64,000 nucleotides of DNA from Podarcis vaucheri (taxonomy: Eukaryota), in NCBI GenBank assembly GCA_965113315.1, contig OZ220365.1; one strand, given 5' to 3'. The notes under the pieces were generated by a model. That model worked only from the letters and a program-made list of their open reading frames with translations, did no database searches and was not told the origin of the DNA. Positions 31,701-43,700 of the stretch are shown in pieces. The position numbers and the translations under genes are program-made. Position 1 is the first letter of the stretch. Every line of letters begins with the position of its first letter.

Positions 31701-34700
31701 TGTTTACAAATATTCCTGAAGCAGGTGGAAGGAACAGGTGCTTTCACCTCATACTGTTAACAAAGACAGGGAATGTGTCACTAAATCATAGAATCATAGA
31801 GTTGGAAGAGACCACAAGGGCCATCGAGTCCAACCCCCTGCCAAGTTGTTTTCTGGCTGCTACTTTAAAAAACACTGGAAATTCATGGGTTGCCAGTTCA
31901 TTTCTGGGCCCAATCTAAAGAGGTGCTTATGTTGGCATTTTAAGCCCGAATGATTCAGGCCCCAAATATCTGAAGGACCACCCCCTCTCAGGTCTCCAGA
32001 TCAGCAGGGGGTGCCTGCTTGGTAGTTCTGCTGTCCACAGAAACTTGGGGTGGTGGCCCAGGAGAAGGCATTCTCTGTGGTAGGCCCTAGTTTGTAGAAC
32101 TCTCTCCTCAAAGCTGCGTCTGGCAACTTCAACACGTAGTTTTCAGTGAATGCTGAAGGCACACATCTTTACCTTGGCCTTTGACATCTGATAACCTTCC
32201 TAAGAGTTTCACCCTAAATCACCCCATTTTTGTGATTCTGGAGCCAGGTTCATCACAAGTAGATTGCTTTAAACTATTTTTAACATTGTATTTTAAATTA
32301 ATGTATCCAACCCCGAGACCCTAGTCTCAGCAGGAGTAATAATCTTTCTGCTGACTGGTTCAGTTTCTCATCATCAACTATGATTTGCTATACAGATGAT
32401 TTGTAATGTGCTAAAATTCTGAGCAGACAACTACCATAAAATATCTTATTTCCCAGCTGTTAAGAGAAACTGCCCCAAAGAACAGTATGTAAGTTTTCTG
32501 CAAATGCAAATACGATGCACAATAGAGATTACTTTATGTACATACAATATAGCTCAGCATGCAATGGGAGGGGCTGTTTGCATGGGGAACCTCACATGTA
32601 CACCTCTGCACACACAGAGTATGGGTTTGGAGTGGAACTGGATTCTTTTTTAAAGAATGTGATACTTCATGTATAAGGGAGGCACACCCGACCTTGCCTT
32701 ATGAGTTTGGGGTCCATATCTGGACATTTATTCTTTTATTTGCCAGTGAACTACTAATGTAACAAGTTAGCAAAATACTGCACAATGGACGTCTTGGAGC
32801 AATTATCTGATAAAACTTAGAGGTATCCTCTATAATTCTCTGCTAAGAATAACAATACTAAAAATAAGACATTTCAAACCAGAAAATTATTAGAAAAATA
32901 CCTTGCTAACATAGTCAAAATACCTAAGCATACTGAACTGCTAAGAAACAATAAGCACCTGAACAAGGAAAGTATTGTCCATGTCGCCACTGAGTATTCT
33001 ATATGAGCTGAAGAACTTAAACCTTTGTTAAGAAGCATGATTCTATCCGCAAATATTTACCTTAGAGAGCAGCTTGTCAAATAAGCTATCCATTATGGCT
33101 ACGAGCTTTGCTGAAATTTCAGCTATGTGGTCATGATAATCCTGAAAAGAATAGAATATTTATTATTTATATTTATGCAAGAGTCTGTCCTAAAGAGCCT
33201 ATCCAGGCATGAAGAAAAACAAAGATGACTACAATGCATTTGCCGCTGCTTTACATTTTTAATCAGCAATACTTACTTGTAAGGCGCCCACAAATGCCGG
33301 CTGTCCAATTAGTCTAGTCTACATTCGTCCTCACTACCAACACCTGTGGCAGTTGAGAGTTTTGGGAAAAGTCAAGAGATTTCCCTGACTTGTGCAACAG
33401 TATGAAGGTGAGGAAAAGCAATTTTTTCCCTTCTGCATGGAAGAAATTACATCTCTCTCAAGCCTATTACAGTTTCTTATCTTATCCAAATCTCCATGCA
33501 AATGAAACAAGACTTTGTCTTCCTCAATCCTTCTATATCAGTGGTTCACAATTAGCTAATTACTGAGGACCCCCTATTTTTCTATAGCCAAGCCACAGAC
33601 CCCCTACTTAGGAAAATTCTGATAACTCTGTGGTAGTTACCTGTGCAAAGCAATTATTTGAGGAAAATGTGGGGTAGCCTAGGGGATTTTAGCTTTACTA
33701 AAGGATTTTAGGTAAAATTTGTGATATTACCAAAAACTGCCTATCACCAGACAGCAGGAAAAACGTGTCCCCACTACAACTGATTTTTTAAAAAGGAATT
33801 GTGTCCCTAACTTGTACATGTTCTATATGCAGAAGGCTTTTTGTATGCTATTCCTTACTTCTAATCTGAAATGGTACATCTTAGCAAAATTTTGCAGCAT
33901 ATGGTTCTGCTAACTAAGGGATCTTGCACCTTCAAGACATAGGTGAAGGCTTGGTCAGGGCTTGATAAGGTATTGGGGAAGACTGAATGGAAAACAGCTG
34001 GAATGTTGGAATGTTGGTAGTAGTAGTATAGTAGTAGTAGTAGTAATTTATTACTGTTATTTAGTCCTCCTGTGCTCAGCTCATTAATCTCTTTGAGCTC
34101 TTGGCTCCCCTCCAGCTGGCGCTGGTAGCAGAGGAACTCAGGAGCTGCAGCAGTTTCACCAGCGATCTACCGCGGAGTGAAGCCACCATCCCACACTGCC
34201 CTCACACCGACAGAGGGAGAAACAAGTTGCATTGGCGAGGCACAAGACAGCTTCTTCCTCCCTCCACTTCTTTAAACTGCTCGGCGGAGGAGCATGCGAC
34301 TGCCCTTGCCTCAGCCAAGCAGTTTGATGGAGCCTCTAATTTGCCCCGGGCTCACATCAGCTGTTGGCAGGGTGGGGGCTCAAAGAAACTGCTCCACTGA
34401 AGGGTGGATGGTTGCCGCTCCCCTCAGCCGTGCAGTTAACGGAGCTTCCAGCCCCACTCTGGCTCATTCAGCTGAGGGACGAGAGGCTGAGCATTTCAGC
34501 AAAGCCCCAATGCTCCTCGGATCAAACATAAGCCCAAGAGGCATCGGAACTCGCTCACTGTGTAGGGGTGGGCCATGTTTCTCAGCTGCTTCTTACTTCC
34601 CTAAGGTGGGAAGAAGCAGCCAAGATAAATTTCAGACATAGTAATACATCAGCATATACCGGTATTTAAGGTAAAGGTAAAGGGACCCCTGACCATTAGG

Positions 34701-37700
34701 TCCAGTTGTGACTGACTCTGGGGTTGTGGCGCTCATCTCAGTTTATTGGCCAAGGGAGCCAGTGTACAGCTTCCGGGTCATGTGGCCAGCATGACTAAGC
34801 TGCTTCTGGCGAACCAGAGCAGCGCAGGGAAATGCCGTTTACCTTCCCGCCGGAGCGGTACCTATTTATCTACTTGCACTTTGACGTGCTTTCGAACTAC
34901 TAGGTTGGCAGGAGCAGGGACCGAGCAACGGGAGCTCACCCCGTCATGGGGATTTGAACCACCAACCTTCTGATCAGCAAGTCCTAGGCTCTATTAGCTA
35001 CTGATATATCACAATGTTGAAAAGAAAATATTGCCCAGCCATAGCACTAAACTAAATCATCAGAGGTTGAGCTGCTGTGGTAATCACAGTGGCAATGTGC
35101 TTAGCTATTTCCCCTGTTGGACTTCCAAGATGAGACATGAATCCCAAACTCATAAGGCAAGATTAACTGAAAACCGTACTACAAGAAGTGGGAGAGTCCT
35201 CTAAACTAAACTAGTTGTTGAAAGCAATTAGAAGTTCTTTTCAGTGAAAAAGTAGAGAGCAAGGGGGGAGGGATCCCTTACCTTTTTTAAAAATGATAAG
35301 CATGTGAGCTGCTTGCACTCTCTTCCCTCCTCCCTATGAAACTGTGCCAGAGGTTTTTGCCCAATCCCAGTTTACTTGCCATCCCCCAACCCTTTCACAA
35401 GTTTTTCCCCTCCCAGCAAGCAGGTGCTGGGTGGCCCCTGGAAGGCTTTCACTGTGCAGTTAACAAGATAAGCAAGTCCCTGGCCGGGGACGGTGCCATG
35501 GACCCCCTGAGTGTGTTCCGCAGACCCCCAGGGTTCCCCGGGCCCCTAATTGGGAACCACTGTTCTAGATGCTTAAAAGACAGCTTTTTCTCCCATGTAC
35601 AATGGAGTATGGAAGATGGGAGTTTAGAGAAAGGAAGCAAGAGCAGGTGGGACTGCGGCACAAAGGGAATCTGTTGGCAGTTGCTGGAATTGGTATTATG
35701 GATGTGAACTTATTCAGAAGAAAAGAAAAAGGTTTATGAGATCCTATAGCATCTATTCCCAGGACTGTCAATGAAGAAAGGCAGATGAGCAAAAGGACAT
35801 TCACATTGCACTGAGGTTATTACTATGCAACCACAGTAATGCACACCTCTAGGCTGGAACCACCAAAACGACGGCCCATGCAGGGAATGTAAAATGCATG
35901 CAGGTTTTTCTTACCTAATAACAACAACAATAGTAACAAGGTATTTCAATCCAGAAAATTATTAGAAAAATACCTTGGTAATGTGGTCAAAATGCCTAAG
36001 CATGCTGAACTGTTTGGGTTGCAGGCGAGCTTCAAAGTGAGCTCTGATAACAGGAATGTAGTGCACTATGAGCTGTAGGCAGCGTGATGAGAGGGCTGTG
36101 AAGACAGAGAAGAAAACAACACAGAAGAGCTATTACTATACTATGAGATCTTTTCCTATGCAAACTACAATAAAGAAAATATGCACAGCATTCTGCATGA
36201 GGAAATACTACTTTTATTTTAGAAATTCACCAACAGCATGTTCCTAAGGCTTACTGTGCCAGTACACAAAAGTTAATCAGAAGGCAGCTCTTTTTCATGA
36301 ACTGAATTTTAAAATATCTATTGCATGCTAGCTCCTTCACATACTGCCCATAAAAGAATTTGCAATACAACCACATTACAACCACAAAAATATGTTCTGG
36401 AAAAGCTGCCTACTCGAAGTTTCTTTAGAAAATTGAAAAGGGAATTTACATGACCATAGAAAGTTTAAGCCAAATCCGTACCTAAATTTTTTGTAGTTAT
36501 TGTTTTCAAGCCAACCACTTGCAGGGCACCTGCTCCAAGCACTAGCTGACAACTTCTTGAGTTGAAATACTGAGAAAGAGAGAAAGAGAGTAACACAGTG
36601 GCTGATGGGAATTGGGAGTCATGTTGTAGTTATCTTATGATCTTATAGACAAATTCATGGAAGATAAGGCTACAAGTCATGAGAGCTGTGCACCATCTCA
36701 GCATCCGAGGTAGCGTGTCTCCAAACACCAGTTGCTGGGGGGAAAGAGTGGGAGAGGAGAGGGCATAGTGAAAAACAGGTTGCTGCTTGACTGGAAAGTG
36801 CTTTAGTCTGACCCAGCTGGACTAAGTCCCCCAGAGCCTCTGGAGAGGGTTCTAGGAGTGTGGAGGAGAGACGTGAGCTTGAAAAGCCTCTTTCCATGAA
36901 CTGTTGTTCTAACATTCTTAGTGCAGATTCTGTATCATACAGGGTGGGGGGGACGGGACTAGATGAACACTGGGATCCCTTCCAACATTTATGATTCTCG
37001 CTTCCTCATGGAAAGCTAAGACAACAATTACCAAGTTCTTAGTTTTCTGAGACATGCAATGCCACAGTACTTATTTTATTCCAGCTAGATACTTGCAGAA
37101 ATCAGCACCTTAGTGCTAAAAAAGAAACAAACAACTCTTCCAAGAAACTGAAAATACTGGCCTTTATCAGCAGCATTAAGTCAAATGCTCTTTCAAAGCA
37201 CAAGGCAAGGCCTTTGAATTTGTTCAGTTATAGATTAAGTTATTCTTTGTTTTACTAATTTGTGGTTTAATCTCAGTGTCTGGAGCTGATCCAGCTGGCT
37301 GTGGGTTAGGAGCAGCACAAAAATTAATAATGACATTCAACAGGACGGAGGGAAGGCATATGGCTTAAATATCAAAGTCAACACTGGGAGTTGCTTGGCA
37401 TCCCACAAGGTGAAAAAATGAAGAGAAAGCTCTCTTACAAACTTTTGTGTGCATCAAAAAGAGTTCAAAGTCCTACACAAGTTTTCTGATGTTAACAGTT
37501 AAGCTATTTTCCTTGACCATACCTATTTATTTTCATAAAGCCATTTCATAAAAATATATTTTAAAAAGCAAGGTATATTCCCTGCATTTTAGGAAAGATC
37601 TGAGGGAGCTGTACCTTTAGTAAATCAGACAGACGGGTAAGCATGTCAGTAGCTATTGAGGGGATGCTGTCCACGCACTGGCAGTATTCAAGGATGATTC

Positions 37701-40700
37701 TAATTAGCAACAACACTGTCCTGCAAGACAAAGAATCAAAGATACACACTCAGACCACATGACAGACTGCAAGTCATCAAAACCTCTTTAAAAACACACT
37801 TCAACCTTTTCCTTCTCATCTTTTGCTATTAGCCAACACCATTGCCTGCCAATTTCTACTGTGGCTCCTGAATTCTACTTTCCAGGTGAGTTCAGCTCAT
37901 ATGCCATTGAATTAAATGGGGAAATTCTCACTGGCTTCAGTAGAGCTAGCTTATGGTCAGTGAAAGAGATGGTGCATTTTAGGGAAAGTCACAAATACCA
38001 ACTACCAATGTGTTTTTGACGGAGTAGGAGGGTGCAATTTTCTGCAGCAAAATGGTAAAAGATCTGAAGTTATTGCAATGAAGTATACTGCTGTGACTAC
38101 ACACACACACACACATACACACACACAGACTGCTCAGCAATTCTAAGAAGCCAACAGCAACCTATCCAAAATAGACAAAGCACTCCTCTATGACCTCTAG
38201 AACCATCCTGCCAAATTTGGTTAAGATATCTTAAGTGATGATTGAAAGCATAAGTGTTTAGATCAGTGTTTCCCAACCTTTTTTGGGCAACGGCACACCT
38301 GTTTAATGAAAAAAATCTCGCGGCACACCACCATTAAAGCCCCGCCCCGTGACGTCAGCGCGCAGCGTCACGCCGGGAGGGACGCACGAAAGTGAAAGTT
38401 TTTCCCCTCCCCCTTGCCGGGGAACCTCCAAGCTTTGGGGGTGGGAGGAGGCAGCAGAGCGAGGGACTGAGGGACGGCGGCAACTGAGGCGGCGGCGGCT
38501 GTTGTGGTGGTGGCGGCGATAGCGGGCGGAGGAGGGGGCGGCGGCGGGGCTTGAGGAGCCGTCGCCGGGAGTTGCTGCTGCTGTTGTTGCTGCTGCTGCC
38601 CGGACATGCCGGCCTCCTCCTCCTCCGCTGTCTCGCGCTCCTCCCTTTTGCACGCGCTGCCCCGCCGCTCGGCACCACCACCGCGGAGCCGCCCCCGGCT
38701 CGGTGCGGATCCTCGCCGCCGCCGCCTCTCACCGCCCGACTCGCCCGCCTCCCTCCCACGGCACACCAGCCAGCGTCTCACGGCACAGTAGTGTGCCGCG
38801 GAACACCGGTTGGGAAACACTGGTTTAGATAGACAAACAAAATTTCAAAATATACAGGAGATTGGTGGAGTGGTTAGAGTGTCGGACTAGGAACTGGGAG
38901 AGCAGGGTTCAAGTCCTCACTCGGACATTAATTCCATTGATTGATCTTGGGCCAGTCACTGTCTCTTAGCATAACCTACCTTACAGAGTAAGGGGGTGTA
39001 CCATATACACCACCTTGAGCAACTTGGGAGGAAGAGGACATAAATATAACAATATAAAAAGGGAATCCAGCATTAACAGTACAATCTTCAGCTAAAACAT
39101 AAAAATACTAATGCATACCAGTTTCTCTTGTTTTACATTCTAGAGGCTCAACCCAGAAAAAAAACAGGCATCAAAGTTAATCAACCACTTTCATTTGTTG
39201 ATCAATTCACTTTTAGAGAAATCATATAAATTTACTTCTTCTTCTTTTAAATATTCCTACTCTTACTTAATTATTGCTATCCCAACTGTACATTGGGGTC
39301 AGAGCAGCAACATCAATTAGATGAATTTTTTTTAAAAAATCTTATTTTTGAATCTTTCTTTTTACTAGCATTTCCTAAACATTAAGTTCAGAGCACACAG
39401 CAGAGACCTAAAACAGAAATACTGGTGTCGTATGTACCATATAATATCTCTGGCTACTGATTTTGGAGGAACCCAAATTATCACATGATGAGATCAAAAG
39501 AAAGAAAACAAACATTTGACTGAAATTTGCTGAGGATTTTAAAAAGGGAATTATATGCAGGAGACTTACTCGGGAGTTTTCCTCAACTTTCACAAAAACT
39601 AATAAATATTTTAATATTCAAAAGTGAACTTGCCATGATGGGGAACACACATGTCTTACCCAACTACAGCATATTTTTGTCCATCAACAACAAGGAAGTC
39701 AGTTGGCTTTCTTTCTTCAGGTGCTAAAACAATTGAATAAAAAAGGAGGGGGGATCTAAAATTAAAAACAACACAAATAACACTGCAACTGTCTCTTTAA
39801 AAAAAGGCCCAGGGATGAAAATTACCCTGTTCTTTACTCCTCCATTTCCACTTTATAACACTGGCATGCAGTCCGTGAAGCGGAGGGACTAGCTTGGTCC
39901 CCCGGCGCATGCTCAGGTGCAGAGGGAAGCAGGTTCTTCAACAGAGTCCCTCTATGTACTTTACAATGCAGAGGCGCAAGGCATGCTCTTAGTCAGAAAG
40001 TATGGACAGGGGCTCAGCTGAAGAACCCGCTTCCCTCCATGCACCGCCCACGCAACTTGTAGCACACAGGATTCTCTCACAAACATTGGGTGGGGGGCAT
40101 GTTCCCTTCAGGCGCCTGCTGCTCGCAACTATCCACATCAGCAAAAACTGGGAATTCGGGGGGGGGGGGTCATTAACTTCCAGCCACTTCTGTTGGACTG
40201 AATTCCCAGCGACCCCTTTCTTCCTACTCAGGAGGGTGAAACAGGCAAGTTTGAGGGGATATGTAGCTAAGAAGAGTCGGGGAAGGAGGACACAGCAGCC
40301 TTGGATGGCGGAGAAGGTTGCAGGGAAGCCCCAAGAGTGGGTGGTCTGGGTGGGGGAGAGAGAGTGTGTGCACAGGGAAAACCAAATCCTGCTTCAGATG
40401 GCTTGTTTTGGTTCAGAATTTTGCTTCCATTTGGATCGAAGTGGAACCTTGCTTTGGTTTGTTTTCTGAAGCTTTGAATGTCTTCTCCACTGATAAAGCA
40501 GAGAAAAAGAAAGAAACAGAAGGAAGTGGTAGTGTTGGTCAAGGGAATTCCTGTCCCGTGGACGGGCAGGCAGTCCTCTTCTGACCAATGAGCATGCTGC
40601 AAGTGGGCTGACATGGGAGCTCCAGTCTCTTTGCCGTATGAAGGTTTGTTTTGTTTTGGGCCGCTCCAGCTGCTGCCATTAAGCGAGCCAGGATAGATTC

Positions 40701-43700
40701 TAGGGTGGAAGAATCCCCTTCCTTGTCCTGAACCTTGCTCTGAGATGGGAGGGGAGGAGCAAGAGGCTGCAGTCAGCGGCGGGTGGGACATGGGTGGCAG
40801 CCCTGAGGAGGCAGCCCTGCAAGGTATGACAAACCTTCCCAACTCCCACCCTCTGGCCTTTGCCTTTTCTCTTCTTTTAATTTAGTTGAACACCCTCAGT
40901 TTGCTACTGTGCTTCAAAGTAAATTAACCCTTTAAAAACGGTCTACTGCTCCAGAAACATAAAATTTGCCTGTCAACATTTCGCAGCATCATGTCCACAT
41001 GGAAATTACTAAAGTAACAAGGAGCCAAGAAACTCACCTCCTGTTTTTTTTTCTGGTAAAGCAATTCTGCCATCTGATATAGAATCCACAAGATCCTGAA
41101 ACTCTGCCGGAACATCAGCTTGCTTCCAGCGCTCGTTATCTAGCAGGAGGCTATTTATACACATAAAGGAAGGGGGAGTTCAAAAATTAGAACACATTGC
41201 CTTGAAGAGCTATGTGTCCGTACTGATTTCAAATTTCTTACCAGGATGAAATCATGAAATAGTCAGTTGATTCAAATCCTAATCAGTGGCAGGCATACTA
41301 AAGAAAGCTGTGCTGGCAAAAGCCTTATGGAAATAAATGAGAATGAAAATTCATGAGGCAGTCTGACCATCAAGAGATTTCATTCCAACTCATACATCCA
41401 GTGAGCCACATGTGTGGCCATCAGTAAGATGTGGAAAGGCATTTGTGTGAAGTGAGTTGCCATACAGTTTGGACAACTGCAACTAAACCACCTCTGTTAA
41501 CTGTAACACCAAAACTGGGTAACTTTATGGGAAGCAGCTCCTCACTTTTCACATGATGCGCAGAAAGTTGTTACTGTTTATGTGTACACTGGGCCTCAGA
41601 TTAAACTACTGGGTTGTTTTTTTCTTTGACTGTTTATTATTGCATTGATATTCCACCTCTCAGGAGCTCATGACTCCTTCCCCCACCCTCAGTTATCCTC
41701 ACAATAACCCTGTGGGGCAGGGCAGGCTGAGTCTTGGCGACTGGTCCAAGGTCACCCTGTGAGCTGCATGAAAAGGGATTTGAACCCTGGCTCCTCAGAT
41801 CAGACGACACACTTTAGCCAAACAGTTTAGCCACCTGACTTTGCTCTGAGCTAAGAACAATGCCATATAACTCAGGGAAAACCCTGATACCAAATGGAGG
41901 CTGGAATGGGAAGGAGTTATAAGCAACAGAAATGGCACTGCCTCAGAAACTGAGGTCAGGGTGGGCTAAACTACCCATCCCTGAGGCAGATGGCTCTTCT
42001 GGAGCACATTTCTCCCACCTTTTGCCCTTTCATTCCGAAAGGTGGTGGCAGTGGGAAGCTTCAGGAGCTGTTGCATTAAGGAGCCTGGAAGCAAATATGT
42101 ACATAATCACAGAAAGATACCTGAGTTTGGTCTTTCTTTCCTCATGGAATCTGTTTACAAATCTGTTAGCTTGACTCTGAAGTGCACCACGCAATGACAT
42201 ACTCTTCCTACCACAGATTTGTTCTGTATCCAAGATGAAAGTTTCCATCAGTCGTGAAAGAGCAACAAACTCTGTAGAGTTCAATTTCTCCAGGAACCCA
42301 TCCTAAATGAAAAAGGTGATGTAACAGCATCATAACTATTTTCATTGTTATCCTACCCCATTATAAAGGCTGAAAAGGCTATGCAGTAAGGAAAGCGCCA
42401 TCAGCATGGACTATCTAATATCATTATGTCATCAGGTGACTGACAGGTGAGTGACCTGAACCGCCAACAGTTCCTCACCCTGGGCTATTGTATGAATATC
42501 ATCTCAAATATAAAGCAAAGCCCTTTCCAACTTTCAGGCTATTTTTAGACATCAGTCCTGTTGACTGTGTTGGGTCCAGGTGATTACATTAATGACCCTA
42601 GCTGGACCTCTTCTGGGACGCAGGTATATGCATGGAACTTACTTTTGCTCTAGCCATTAGGAACTTGACAGAACGATCATGGCAAATATCAGAGGCACTG
42701 TAAAGCAGGTCCTGGATATTGTTTGCTAATCTACCTAGTTCCAGTTCTGAGAGCTTTATGTCCTCACCAATCCTGAAAGAAATAGAAGGAAGACTTTGTT
42801 GACACATAATTTTCAGCTGAAACAACCCAGTGCCCCACCAGTCTGCTCAAAAAAGGAAATGATTCACATGCAACTACACAGACAATGAGAACTTTGCATT
42901 TTGATGTCAATAACAATCTCTGAACTGGAGCAGAATTGACTTTTCAACTGTCCAATAGATAGCAGCAGCAAGTGAAATGACAAATAATATATACCAAAAG
43001 ACCAAAATTAAAAAACAAAAAACCAAGCAATTGATGGCCAATTACTGATCATTTAAGTCTTTTACACCGTGTTTACATTATTTACACACCATTCCACTAG
43101 AACACATTTTTGTTTAACATAGTATACACCAGGGGTCTGCAACCCGCGGCTCCGGAGCTGCATGTGGCTCTTTTACACCTTTGCCGCGGCTCCAGGGCGG
43201 ATACTAGCGAGGGGAGGAGGCGCATTGTGCGCCCCGACACTCCCCACTGTGGCGGGCGCTGTACTGGCTGTGACGTCGCATGGGGCCGGTGCGTGCGTTA
43301 GTCACGCACCGTCCCAACGTCACCTTCCCGCCCGCTGTCAGATCAGAGGGCAGCGGCGCGCATGCTTTAAATGTCGCAATGGTTTTGCGGCTCCCAGTTG
43401 TTGTTTTTCTTCGGAAACAGGTCCTAGTGGCTCTTTTTGTCTTAAAGGTTGCAGACCCCTGGTATACACTAACCTGAGTCTTTCCAACATGCTATTTCCA
43501 GAGAGGGAAGAATATTGGCAGCTTCCACAGCTGCCACCCGCCATGAACCACCATTGGCAGGACTGGCAGCAACAGCTGCAGATATGTTCTATGCTTATGA
43601 TAATATTTTATTCTCTTGTTATTTATGCCATTCTAAATGTGCATTTTATATTTTATTTCCTTTAGCAATGTTTTATTTTTAAATGTGTAAGATGTCTGTT

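Noticed and set aside
40002-40842. Long ORFs (155 and 191 aa) in VPS54 intron 15
   Set aside because: No recognisable domain or splice structure; GC-richer, repeat-like sequence on both strands.
43110-43665. ORFs up to 167 aa
   Set aside because: They run through a hAT MITE into AT-rich flank; no protein-like features.
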